From Spirochaetales bacterium (GTDB taxonomy: Bacteria > Spirochaetota > Spirochaetia > JABEVK01), in NCBI GenBank assembly GCA_037142615.1, contig JBAXAI010000007.1:32001-96000 (forward strand): a DNA stretch of 64,000 bases. Reading direction: 5' to 3'. This document shows positions 28,817-38,232 of this stretch, in pieces; within the stretch, counting starts at the first letter, position 1, and each line of letters starts with the position of its first letter. Under the pieces are notes generated by a model, which worked only from the letters and a program-made list of their open reading frames with translations, was not told where the DNA came from and did no database searches. The position numbers and the translations under genes are program-made.

Positions 28817-29754
28817 TGAAGTCAATCCCTCCTCGCCTTGCCGATGTCATGCTGGGCCTTGCCACCGGCGATGCGCTCGGCGTGCCCTTTGAGTTCCGAT
28901 CCCGAGCCCTGCTTGACCGCGCTCCCTGCACCGGCATGGTCGGGTTTGGCTCGCATAACCAGCCCCCGGGCACGTGGTCCGATGACACCTCGATGGCGCT
29001 CATCCTGCTCGAGACTCTGCAAACAGGCGGGAGCTTGGACGACGAACTCGCGGGTTATCGCCGCTGGTGGCGCGAGGGGTACCGAACCCCACACGGGGTC
29101 TGCTTCGACGTCGGTGGGACAACGGCGCAGGCCTTGGGAAGCGGCAAAGGTCAAACCGGTGAGTCCTCGAACGGCAACGGAAGCCTGATGCGGATCGCTC
29201 CGCTGGCGTTCTTTGTTTCGCACTTGCCTGCTGAGGTGCGTCGGGTACGCTGCTTCGCCGAGTCGGCGGTGACGCACGCGCATCTGCGGTCGCAACTGGG
29301 GTGCTGGCTGTTTGTCGAGGTGCTCCTCGAAGTTCTGGGGGGGCTGCCGGTTTCCGAGGCGCTGGAGGAGGCTTGGGCACGGGTAGACAGCTGGGCCACC
29401 CGCGGCGGCGCAGCCAAGGAGTGGACCCACTACACCCGCTGTCGTTCCCCGATCGCGCTGGCCCCACGCGCCGAGATCTCCTCCAGCGGCTATGTGGTGC
29501 ACACGCTCGAGGCGGCCTTGTGGTGCGTCTTGACGACGAGCGACTATCGCGACGCCACGCTGGCCGCCGTCAATCTGGGCAGCGACACCGACACCACCGG
29601 CGCTGTCACGGGGGCGCTGGCTGGTTTGATGTACGGGCGCGAGGCGATTCCAATTGACTGGTTGGAGAAGTTGAAGGGCCAGGAACAACTTGACGAGGTT
29701 CTGTGCGCCGAAGACGGGGGCCTTCTCGTTTGGAGTTTGGCTGCCAAGGGGTAG
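28816..29754 (+). CDS. ADP-ribosylglycohydrolase (DraG/ARH family)
   Basis: GDALGVPFEF, GTWSDDT, SNGNGSLMR, VTH, SSGYV, NLGSDTDT. Confidence 0.9.
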   Translation: MKSIPPRLADVMLGLATGDALGVPFEFRSRALLDRAPCTGMVGFGSHNQPPGTWSDDTSMALILLETLQTGGSLDDELAGYRRWWREGYRTPHGVCFDVGGTTAQALGSGKGQTGESSNGNGSLMRIAPLAFFVSHLPAEVRRVRCFAESAVTHAHLRSQLGCWLFVEVLLEVLGGLPVSEALEEAWARVDSWATRGGAAKEWTHYTRCRSPIALAPRAEISSSGYVVHTLEAALWCVLTTSDYRDATLAAVNLGSDTDTTGAVTGALAGLMYGREAIPIDWLEKLKGQEQLDEVLCAEDGGLLVWSLAAKG

Positions 29755-30089
29755 CAGGGAATGCTGGCCCATCCAAGCGCAGTTGCAAAGGCTGAAGCAG
29801 CAAATCAGTCGCCTTGCTCAGCAGCTTGAAGCGGCTCGCCGGGAATCCGAGTACCCGCACGGCGGCAACCTCGGTACTGACGGGAGCACCTCTGCCAATG
29901 GCTTCTGTCACCATCCACCCCAAAATGTCACCATGAGAACTCGACTAACGATCGACCTGGATCCGGCACAAAAGCAACGCCTGCTGCAACTGGCTCGACG
30001 ACCACCCGGAACTCTCGGAGCGCGCTCGAGGGGTGATTGACTCCGGCAAAAAACTATTCCTTAGGAACGAAATCCTGTGCGAGGTGGTC

Positions 30090-30372
30090 ACGTTGGACGA
30101 GACACTTGGCAAGTTGATTGCGGGCTGAGTGCGAAGGACTTTTCACAGCCTCAGCCTTCTGGGGAGCGCGATTGGGTCGATGCTCCCGCCGTTGGTGGTG
30201 AACTGGAACGTGGCAGTCGACCGGTGTTGGTGGTGTCACCTGCTGAGTTTAACGCAGCAACCAAGCTGCCAGTGATCTGTCCCATCGCGAGGGGTGGAGA
30301 TTATGCCGACGGCCATTTTGGAAGAGGTCCTGGCAAGACTCGCACCCATCTTCGAGGGAACGAACAATCCCT
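30090..30372 (+). pseudogene. Decayed MazE/MazF (PemI/PemK-ChpB-like) toxin-antitoxin remnant
   Basis: Antitoxin-like tail ERDWVDAPAVGGE is joined to toxin-like RPVLVVSPAEFNAATKLPVICPI..GG. The C-terminal ILEEVLARL lies in another frame. Confidence 0.65.
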
Positions 30373-30523
30373 TGGACTCAGACCATCACCTAAGTTTGAC
30401 ACCTTCTGCCAAGTTGATCACGCGCTGAAACGGACCAGCACGTAAGTCCAGACATAAGCAAAAGACCCTACCGAGACGGGGACGCCAAAACGTCTTGAGT
30501 TCTGCCTGCCGGCAGAACTCACA

Positions 30524-30572
30524 GATTCAAACGAAAAACCCCAGCGTCAAGCTGGGGTTTTTCGTTTGAATC
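30524..30572. terminator. Bidirectional intrinsic terminator (22-bp perfect stem), the original tRNA-Cys terminator
   Basis: GATTCAAACGAAAAACCCCAGC-gtcaa-GCTGGGGTTTTTCGTTTGAATC directly abuts the att core. Confidence 0.85.
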
Positions 30573-30594
30573 AGGCACCGAGCGGATTCGAACC
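30573..30594. repeat. att core, duplicate of the tRNA-Cys 3' end
   Basis: AGGCACCGAGCGGATTCGAACC, identical to 53965-53986. Confidence 0.95.
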
Positions 30595-30745
30595 TATAAA
30601 TAATAAAATATCGTATTTATCACACTTTGTTGTCATTTGCATTGACTTCTCTCAGTTTGTCTATCTCTATACATTCCAACAGTTTATCTTTGTTTATCAT
30701 CAAGCAATTCCTTTTCTGGTAGAAAGTTGCCTTGCGAAAATAGAT

Positions 30746-30765
30746 GTCACAGTAAAAGTCACAGT
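30746..30765 (+). promoter_or_regulatory. Putative integrase arm-type sites (left end)
   Basis: GTCACAGT-aaaa-GTCACAGT, 12-bp period, matching the pair at 53899-53918. Confidence 0.6.
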
Positions 30766-30774
30766 GCCCAAACG

Positions 30775-31065
30775 TTACCTGCGCTGGTGGGCGGACTTGT
30801 AAGCACGCAGTACAGCGTTGATCTTGGTTTGGTAGCCCTTGCCCATGGACTTGAACCACTCCAGGACATCGGCATCCATGCGAATGGTCGTTGACTGCTT
30901 GGCAACCTTGAACACCAATTCATCGGGCGCGGGCAGGAAGTCCGCGGGCATAGGAGTTCCATTCTTCATGGACTCGATCAGTTCGGCAGGAGCATCCTCC
31001 CACTCGTTGCCATCTGGCGCAAACAGATCGGGACGTTCCTGGTGGCGTTGTTCAGCGGTTCTCAT
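30775..31065 (-). CDS. brnA: BrnA-family antitoxin
   Basis: TTIRMDADVLEWFKSMGKGYQTKINAVLRAY. Overlaps brnT. Confidence 0.9.
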   Translation of the reverse strand: MRTAEQRHQERPDLFAPDGNEWEDAPAELIESMKNGTPMPADFLPAPDELVFKVAKQSTTIRMDADVLEWFKSMGKGYQTKINAVLRAYKSAHQRR

Positions 31066-31321
31066 AACGTTTCACTCCTTGTCGCCAGTGGGCGGCACCA
31101 AAGATTCGGATGGCATTCTCTCGTATGGTGAATCTGACCGTAAGGATAGATCCTTCAACCTTCCCGTAGCAGAAGTAGCGAACCTCAGAAGGCGTCGAGT
31201 GGTCGTCATCACGGACAATCAGTCGGTTGGTATCGGCAAAGGCTCGCTGCGCGGTCTCGAAGGTGACACCGTGCTTCTCCAGGTTGGATTGATTCTTTGA
31301 ATCGTCCCACTCAAAGTTCAT
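31052..31321 (-). CDS. brnT: BrnT-family ribonuclease toxin
   Basis: MNFEWDDSKNQSNLEKHGVTFE...EVRY...IRIFGA. Confidence 0.9.
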   Translation of the reverse strand: MNFEWDDSKNQSNLEKHGVTFETAQRAFADTNRLIVRDDDHSTPSEVRYFCYGKVEGSILTVRFTIRENAIRIFGAAHWRQGVKRYENR

Positions 31322-31481
31322 ACGGAAAAGTAGCCTTTGTTACTACAACTGTCAATACAAATGGTTTCGTGGTGTTCTGGCATGGTTTACTCCGACGTTT
31401 TCTCCGACAGTCGCGTAGGTACGATTCATGGTAGTCCCCCACCGGTGCACGAAAAGTGCAGAAGTGGGGGACCGGGGACTT

Positions 31482-33155
31482 TCACTCGGTCTTTGGCGGG
31501 TTCAGCAAAGTGTAGGCAATCAATCCGGCCGAGGGGAGATCGGGGTCAGCGAATCCATTGAACTGAATGTTGTGAAGACCCACCATGGTGTTGAGGTGCC
31601 CCTCCACCGCCTTGACGGCGTCGAGATCGGTCTTCATGCCATCGAGCTTGTCGATCAGTTCGTCCATGGGGCCGAAAATTGATTCTAGCCTGGGATCGTC
31701 CAGGTACATGACAACCATTTCCTTCAAGACAAACGTTGTCCAACGATAGCCCTTGTTGCTTCGGTCCAGCTCGTTGGCTTCGCCCATGATGCGGTCGACT
31801 AAGGTTTTGAACTCGCGATGGTCTTCGACGGGCAATTCCATCGTGATCTGGTGAAAGTCCATCGGCTCAGCATTCTCATCGAGATTGAACCCAACTCGTT
31901 CCAAGAGGGCACGGTAGAGGCGTTTGGAAAAACGAACGAAGTACTTGTGGATTTCCAACGTGTTGTAGTTCTGGGCGCCCATGGTGGCGTTCGACTCGGT
32001 AGCGCGCGTGCAATGCTCGAGGAACAAGGTGATGCGGTCCTGCCGTAGACGAGCAAGAAGATCCAAATCTTGCATCGCCCTGGGCTTGACCGGGAGGGGG
32101 TTCGACATCGCCCATGCAAAGTGATCATCAAGAAGGTTCGAAAAGAACGTGTCAAGGTTTTCGGGTGTCGTCAGTGTCTTCTCGAGGCCCCAAATGCGTT
32201 GGTCGCGTGGAATTGGTCTCCCGAAGGGCAGCAAGAAGAGTCGGTTCTGCAGGCTGCCGGCAGTAGTCTGGACCTGAATGATTTCGTTCGAGTCGATCAT
32301 CAACATGGCACGCACCTTGAACTGATCTTGGGCGGTCGAGTTGTACGAGTTGGGAAACAAGTCTCCCCCCGTGAGGCGCTTTAGAGAAGGCACCTCTGGT
32401 CGAAACGAGGGGTCGGTTTCGTCGATGATGAACAGAAGGAAGTCCTTGTGTACCCAGAAGAACTTGATGAGGCGATCAACGTTTTCGCGGTGGAAAAGCT
32501 GAGGTGCAATCTTCACAGCGTACTTGCCAAACAGAGCGAAGAGCACCGACATCGCCGTCGACTTACCGGTATTGAACCTGAAGTTGAGCAGCGTGAGAAT
32601 GGCTTTGACGGAAATCCTTCCCGTCAGGGCATGGCAAATGATGAATACGAGAAACTTCAGTCCATCGGGATCGGCAATCATTTCCCTCAAGTACGCCATG
32701 ATGGCATCGTTTGCCATCCTTTGGGCCTTCACAATGTAGTGTGCGCCAAACTTCATAGTGATCGTTTGGTCGAAGTAGTTAGCTGCCGGGTGAGTAAACG
32801 CCTCGATCTTGGCACCGGCTCCAGCCGCCAAGAACTCATCGAGGTCGATGACAGTTCCGTCTGACTGCAAGATTTTCGCCTGGGTTCCGTCGTTGATTTC
32901 ATCAACCACGAGATCGCCGAACTCATCGTCGATGTCGGCCGATCGTATTCTGCCAGCGAGTTCTGGATTTTCAACCTCCAAGATTGCCTTGGCGGCCTTC
33001 CGCCAGGCCGGTTGCGAAATAGCTTCCCAGTACTCGCCATTCCATTCATACGGCTGTAATTTGACTTTGCCGAGAGCGAAGAGTCGGTACTTGTCTCGGC
33101 CTTCCACTTCAAATGTCTTTTCTTCGTCGGTCCGGCCACTTTGATCGCGGTTCAT
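31482..33155 (-). CDS. D5/P4-primase-type SF3 helicase/ATPase (no recognisable primase domain)
   Basis: Walker A-like NTGKST, Walker B IIDE, LKRLTGGD, SN and NRLFLLPF motifs. Confidence 0.7.
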   Translation of the reverse strand: MNRDQSGRTDEEKTFEVEGRDKYRLFALGKVKLQPYEWNGEYWEAISQPAWRKAAKAILEVENPELAGRIRSADIDDEFGDLVVDEINDGTQAKILQSDGTVIDLDEFLAAGAGAKIEAFTHPAANYFDQTITMKFGAHYIVKAQRMANDAIMAYLREMIADPDGLKFLVFIICHALTGRISVKAILTLLNFRFNTGKSTAMSVLFALFGKYAVKIAPQLFHRENVDRLIKFFWVHKDFLLFIIDETDPSFRPEVPSLKRLTGGDLFPNSYNSTAQDQFKVRAMLMIDSNEIIQVQTTAGSLQNRLFLLPFGRPIPRDQRIWGLEKTLTTPENLDTFFSNLLDDHFAWAMSNPLPVKPRAMQDLDLLARLRQDRITLFLEHCTRATESNATMGAQNYNTLEIHKYFVRFSKRLYRALLERVGFNLDENAEPMDFHQITMELPVEDHREFKTLVDRIMGEANELDRSNKGYRWTTFVLKEMVVMYLDDPRLESIFGPMDELIDKLDGMKTDLDAVKAVEGHLNTMVGLHNIQFNGFADPDLPSAGLIAYTLLNPPKTE

Positions 33156-33207
33156 TCTGTCTCCTTTGATCGCTAAGGATCGCCAGGAGTCTCCTGCCGC
33201 GCTAGGA

Positions 33208-33226
33208 GGGTAAAGTTTACCCCCAA
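33208..33226. repeat. 19-bp palindromic repeat, copy 1
   Basis: GGGTAAAGTTTACCCCCAA, identical to 52668-52686. Confidence 0.85.
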
Positions 33227-34291
33227 CTACTTATCCGGAAGGTCACAGACATTTCTCACAAGCCACGTCGAAAGATTCTTGCCTGGAAGGCTATACGTAT
33301 GCTTCGGGTCAGATTTGCTGGCAACCCTAATTGCAGTTTCGTGGCCCTTCTCCTCGGGATTGAGTCGGCGTTTCTGGTTCTGGATGACAAAGTGAACCAT
33401 GACGTCTTGCTTGTCCGTGGTCACGATTTTCGGTTGGCCCGCACTCTCGATACGTCTTGTTGAGGTAAGAAAGCCAACGAGAGCAACGGCCTCCACCACA
33501 CCTTCTTGCCATTTGATCGGAGCCAATTCCTTCCGAAATGCATGTGTTGGCCTGAACTCCAACCGTCCGTTCAAGTCATTCAAGTGCAGTTCACAGCCGT
33601 CGCAGAACATGTGGTCAAGCACGGACTGGACAGAACCTTTCACCATGTTATTGTCGACGAGAAACCGGGCGAGAGGAAGGATCTTGTCCTTGTACTTCGG
33701 GTTCCATTCGATTCTTGTCAACGAGCGAACATCGTTCCCGACGAGCTCGTCGAAACTGAACTCGTCAAGTTCGAATCCGTTGGCCGCAAGGTCGATTTTG
33801 GGAATCGGCATTCCGAGTTCTACCATCAAGGCAACAACTCTGAAAATCTCCGCATCGAGGTGCCGTTTGATGCCAAGCTTCACTTTCTTGGCGGCTTCAC
33901 CCAGGGAAGATTCTCTGCAAGTCACGGGAGCCCCATTGAGGTCGATGTAGCGGTACAGCTTTTCCAGATACTTGACTTCGATACTGTTGTTGCCAACGAT
34001 GGTGATTTGATTTTCAGGTATTGCGGAGAACCGTGATCGCAAAGTTTCGAGCTCGTCTTCGTCTTGGTAGTTGTGTGTTTCTATTCCCACTTCGACCATA
34101 GCTTCTCCGTCCGCGTTCAAGGCAGGTTCCACTCGCACAATCAAACGATTATCACTCGTGGCGACTCCCTCACTTAATCCATTGAGAAACTTCCAGTAGT
34201 CAATGATTTCCCGAGGTTCTGACTGTGTACCAACTGAGCGTCGAAATGCGGCCTTTGAGAGCGCCACGATGTACGAATCTTCCGCTGGCAT
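33227..34291 (-). CDS. Hypothetical protein (354 aa)
   Basis: Long ORF with typical composition. Start MPAEDS inferred. No family recognised. Confidence 0.65.
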   Translation of the reverse strand: MPAEDSYIVALSKAAFRRSVGTQSEPREIIDYWKFLNGLSEGVATSDNRLIVRVEPALNADGEAMVEVGIETHNYQDEDELETLRSRFSAIPENQITIVGNNSIEVKYLEKLYRYIDLNGAPVTCRESSLGEAAKKVKLGIKRHLDAEIFRVVALMVELGMPIPKIDLAANGFELDEFSFDELVGNDVRSLTRIEWNPKYKDKILPLARFLVDNNMVKGSVQSVLDHMFCDGCELHLNDLNGRLEFRPTHAFRKELAPIKWQEGVVEAVALVGFLTSTRRIESAGQPKIVTTDKQDVMVHFVIQNQKRRLNPEEKGHETAIRVASKSDPKHTYSLPGKNLSTWLVRNVCDLPDK

Positions 34292-34445
34292 TGCTACACC
34301 CCCATCGGCAAGGCAAGATTGAGGCTCAGAGCCCAAAGTTTGTGGTCTCCTCGCCGCCTTCGCTGATCTCGCCGCCTTGTCCCTCAAGGGCCAGGGCGGC
34401 TCCAAGTCCACAAACTGTGGCCTCTTCGCCAGGACACTAACCTGG

Positions 34446-36500
34446 TCACAACAAGTCTGCCAAGAACTCCGAACCGCTTCCCCCGCTGGTTACCAGCAAC
34501 GTGTCTCGGGCCCGCGTACAGGCCACATACAGCAAGTTTCGCTCGGTATTGAAGATTTCCTCGAGCTCGGAGGCATCGCCAGCCGAGTTGATCCGCTCAT
34601 CGGAAGGAATGATCCCTTCATCACACGCCATGACGGCAACGCCGCGGAACTCCAGGCCTTTGGCAAGGTGCATGGTGACGATGGAAAGCTTCCCTGGAGT
34701 GGCTGCGACATGCTCATCGAGGACGACAAAGTTCAGTCCTGCATCGGCGGCGACTTCGTGGGCTCTGGGAAACTCATTGGTCGAGCGGACAATGAGGGCC
34801 AGCTCGTGAGGCTTGTAGCCTTGATGAAGAAGCTCGCCAAGCCAATTAACCACGGTCGAGCGTTCCTCTTGGCTAGAGGAACACTCCTTGACGGTTGGTA
34901 AAGGCCCGTTGAACACCGAGATAGTTCGGGTGCGATCCTCGACGTTTCCGTCGACATCACTGACTGCCTTGCCCAGTAGTCTGTCGGCTTGGCGTCGGAT
35001 TTGGTGGGAAGTTCGGTAGTTGACGCGCAGTGTCCTGCTGCGTCCCCTGAGATCGATCCCTGCCGACTTCCAGCTGAACGGCGTCCTGAAGATGCGTTGA
35101 GCAGTGTCTCCTGCAAAGAAAAGTCGATTCGGAACCGTGGCGCCAAATGCAGCCAGGAAACGGAGCTGCGGGAGACTGATGTCTTGGGCCTCATCGACGA
35201 CCACGAACTCGAATGGCGGACGTTTTCGATTGCCAATCTCTCGCACGAGGTGATTGAACAGGCCTGACTCAGTCACCTGGTGCTTGTTGCTCAGCTCCGT
35301 CCGAACGGCCTCGAAAATCGTCCAAAGGACCTTCCGCTGTGCCTCCGGCAATCTGGTCTTGCGTCCCAGTCTTGCGACATCGCGGTAGGCTTCCCACGAA
35401 ATTAGGTCTGAAGCTTCGACAACATCAGTCCATTCGGACACCAGAAAGGCAAGACCAAAGGTATGGCCCTGGACAGAATGCGATGCCCTTTCCATCAACT
35501 CGGTTAACGCATCATCGCCCAGAAGCTCAAGTGCATCGGCTGATTTGTCCACGAATCGAAGCGCAAATGATGTCATGGAGTGGACCGCAATCCGCTCCGA
35601 CAGCCGAGGCTCGGTTGAAATGAGGCGATTCAGTTTGTCTTTCAGTGAGTGGGCCAGGGCCTCCGTAAAGGTCGCCAAGAGGACGCGGGCTTCCGGGTGA
35701 ACCCTTGCCAAATGAACAGCCCGGTGAAGAGCAACGATCGTCTTGCCTGTTCCGGAACTTCCTGAGACTCGGAATGGTCCCGTCTGGTTCGCTTCAACGA
35801 GATCCCGTTGATCCGGGTGGAGAAACGTAATCCACTTCTCCCAGGGGGCATCGAGAGCCATCTGGAGGGCCTCAGAGTTGGCGAGGACTTGGAACCGACG
35901 TTGTGCGTCGGGATGCTCAAATGGATCGGTTGAGTCGGCCGGTTTGGCGGCGGGCCATCCACCGACGGCGACTTCGAGAAGTGCCTCGGACGCTTCAGCC
36001 GGCAAGTGATCGGTCAGCTGAAGAATCGAGTCCTCAGTGGCGTTCCGAACGTCACCCAGCCAGTCTTCGGGAACACCCCACGATAGCAAATCAGCATCCG
36101 TGCACCTCTGGAAGAGCCTTTGCTTGGGTGATTGCTCTTCCACGTACTTTGGGATGACGATCTCTTGAACTGTTTCCCGAACTTCGACCAGCTGCGCAGC
36201 TCGAGTCTGAGGATGGACTTCCAGCTTCCGCCTCTCGGCCCATTCATAGGCTTTGTCATGGTGGTCGACGTAACAGAGCATCAGACTTTGCTCCGTCCGG
36301 TGGACGATGATCCTCAGATCACTCGAAACACGCACTGACCAAAACGCTTTGTCTCGGGCACGTTCCAGCTTGTGGAACTGATGGCCCGGGTTGGCAGGAT
36401 TCACCTGGAGATCGAAGGCGGTGGTCTTCGACACCTTTTGTTCATCGGAGGTGAGCTTGGCGAGGCTGTCGGTGAAGGTAGAGGACAGGAGAAATGTCAG
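34446..36500 (-). CDS. UvrD-like SF1 helicase with N-terminal RelE-like domain, probable CTG start
   Basis: GSSGTGKT, VVDEAQD, NYRTS, TMHLAKGLEF, LYVACTRARD. The frame continues upstream of the GTG as (CTG)TFLLSSTFTDSLAKL, with GGAG 7 nt before the CTG. Confidence 0.85.
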   Translation of the reverse strand: MTFLLSSTFTDSLAKLTSDEQKVSKTTAFDLQVNPANPGHQFHKLERARDKAFWSVRVSSDLRIIVHRTEQSLMLCYVDHHDKAYEWAERRKLEVHPQTRAAQLVEVRETVQEIVIPKYVEEQSPKQRLFQRCTDADLLSWGVPEDWLGDVRNATEDSILQLTDHLPAEASEALLEVAVGGWPAAKPADSTDPFEHPDAQRRFQVLANSEALQMALDAPWEKWITFLHPDQRDLVEANQTGPFRVSGSSGTGKTIVALHRAVHLARVHPEARVLLATFTEALAHSLKDKLNRLISTEPRLSERIAVHSMTSFALRFVDKSADALELLGDDALTELMERASHSVQGHTFGLAFLVSEWTDVVEASDLISWEAYRDVARLGRKTRLPEAQRKVLWTIFEAVRTELSNKHQVTESGLFNHLVREIGNRKRPPFEFVVVDEAQDISLPQLRFLAAFGATVPNRLFFAGDTAQRIFRTPFSWKSAGIDLRGRSRTLRVNYRTSHQIRRQADRLLGKAVSDVDGNVEDRTRTISVFNGPLPTVKECSSSQEERSTVVNWLGELLHQGYKPHELALIVRSTNEFPRAHEVAADAGLNFVVLDEHVAATPGKLSIVTMHLAKGLEFRGVAVMACDEGIIPSDERINSAGDASELEEIFNTERNLLYVACTRARDTLLVTSGGSGSEFLADLL

Positions 36501-37642
36501 GACGCATCTCCATTGCTTTCCAGCAAGTCCGAGACTTTCGACGCCGTCGGCGACAGCTGAACTTCAAGTCCATTGGAATCTAGCCCAACAATTCGTCCAG
36601 AGACTTCGACGCTTCCCACACGAATCTGCGAAACCGTGAACTCGGCTCCCATTTCCTTGAGCGTTCTCGCGACACTTGGGTTGAGTCTGGAGGCCTTCTT
36701 TGGTGCCACATAGCTAGTAATGTAGGCATGGGGTGTGAGTGATGATATTCGAAGCAGGTCCTCTTTTGTGGGAATCATCCTTCGCCCGCGGACGAATGGG
36801 GTCAACACGCAAAGCGGTCCTTCCTTGAGTGCCTCACTCCAGATTCGTGAATTGTGCCCGGTCACAGAGCCATGGTGCGAAACCTTAAAAATATCCGACA
36901 TCGGTAGCGATACGTCACGCGAATCAAGTACGCTCAGCCAACCCTCTTCGGGATCGGCCGAGTTTTCCAAATCGGCCCCGAGAAGGACGCTGAAATCATC
37001 GATTGAAAGTACAAGTCCGATCGATGCCAGGTTCTTGCCCCTGGAAGCAATAGGGACCACTTTCGAACCCGGCGTCGGCATATGTCCTAGAAGATTTTCC
37101 ACCTCACGCTGGATTGACTTGTCCGATGGCGAGAGCGCCAGGAGTTGGACTTTGCAAGACCGGCCTTCGATTTCGATCATCCGCGAGAACAGCACCTTGT
37201 TTTGCATCGCCAACACCGGGCGGGGCCCCCTACGAGTGCGTAGTGTGTCCAGTATGCTCGAAAGCTCAAATAGCCCACTCCGCGAGATTCTCCCGGATGT
37301 CCGATAGATTGCCAATAACTGCTCAATACTCTTGTCAGTCAATAGCGTCGAACTCACAAATCTCGCCGAAGTACCTCGGCTAACCAACTGCGAGATTCCA
37401 CGAATATGGTCGTCATGCCAGTGCGTCGCAATGACGTACTCAAGGGATTTTCCGATGTCTACCCCGAGTTCTTCTAGAAACCCAAGCGCTGGGACGGTAT
37501 TGGTCCTGCTGTCAATGCAGGAGTCGACGGTGAACCAGAAGTCATCGCCCACTCCGACGACAATGCTCTCTCCGACTCCAGGACCAAATACCTTGATCCT
37601 GAGCATTTTGGCTTCCTGTTCAGGCATATCCGCTAATCCCAC
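36497..37642 (-). CDS. Metallo-beta-lactamase-fold hydrolase (ComEC/Rec2-like nuclease type)
   Basis: GPGVGESI, VDSC, THWHDDHIRG (HxHxDH), N.ASI, LLGAD, KVSHHGS. Confidence 0.85.
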   Translation of the reverse strand: MGLADMPEQEAKMLRIKVFGPGVGESIVVGVGDDFWFTVDSCIDSRTNTVPALGFLEELGVDIGKSLEYVIATHWHDDHIRGISQLVSRGTSARFVSSTLLTDKSIEQLLAIYRTSGRISRSGLFELSSILDTLRTRRGPRPVLAMQNKVLFSRMIEIEGRSCKVQLLALSPSDKSIQREVENLLGHMPTPGSKVVPIASRGKNLASIGLVLSIDDFSVLLGADLENSADPEEGWLSVLDSRDVSLPMSDIFKVSHHGSVTGHNSRIWSEALKEGPLCVLTPFVRGRRMIPTKEDLLRISSLTPHAYITSYVAPKKASRLNPSVARTLKEMGAEFTVSQIRVGSVEVSGRIVGLDSNGLEVQLSPTASKVSDLLESNGDAS

Positions 37643-38232
37643 TCCAGAGAAGTGAATAGTGTTGCTTCTGCCTTTTTGGCTTTTCGGAAATCACTCTTGG
37701 TCCACCGGGACATCCTCCGGAAACGAATCTCCGAAACACGAAAGGTCTGCCCATCGAGTTGCGTACGCATCCCGATGCTCCAGTAGAACACTGCTCCGAC
37801 TTCAAAAAGATTTTGATCATCGGCTGCGATTTCGGCTCGCGGGATTTCTGTCGTGTACTCAGGACGAACTTCCATGAGATCCCGAGCAACTGCAACGAAA
37901 CTGTCTTCTGAGATTTCAACAACACGGCATTCCCACCTTCCAAGGCACTTGAAGGTACTTAGGACAACCCTTCCGGTGGCGGGAATCACGAAACGACTCA
38001 GTTTCTGTTCAGTATTCAGCTGCACCGGAGCCAGAGTGCTGTTCTTCTGAACATCCCTTGGCTCGACACTAAGGTCCAATGGATTTTCGATGTTTGTCAG
38101 CTTCTTCTTGAACTCATTGAAATACTGCAGAACTGGGTGGACTTCAGACTGCTGAGGTTCGCGCCTGGAACCACTCCTTGGGCTTGAAAAGTCTAGCAGG
38201 GCCTCATATGTCACATCACTCATAAATTGCAT
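37633..38232 (-). CDS. Hypothetical protein with C-terminal OB-fold-like beta domain
   Basis: Polar N-terminus, then WECRVVEISEDSFVAVARDL...GAVFYWSIG...SEIRFRR. Overlaps both neighbours. Confidence 0.65.
   Translation of the reverse strand: MQFMSDVTYEALLDFSSPRSGSRREPQQSEVHPVLQYFNEFKKKLTNIENPLDLSVEPRDVQKNSTLAPVQLNTEQKLSRFVIPATGRVVLSTFKCLGRWECRVVEISEDSFVAVARDLMEVRPEYTTEIPRAEIAADDQNLFEVGAVFYWSIGMRTQLDGQTFRVSEIRFRRMSRWTKSDFRKAKKAEATLFTSLEWD

Noticed and set aside
29760-30040. Coiled-coil fragment and MRTRLTIDLD... (RHH antitoxin-like start at 29933)
   Set aside because: Too short and truncated to call; probably more decay debris.
30455-30521. GCAAAA...GAGAC GGGGACGC..AAAA, faintly like a c-di-GMP-I riboswitch, plus an 11-bp hairpin
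   Set aside because: Key paired elements are missing and there is no downstream plus-strand gene; more likely terminator or repeat debris.
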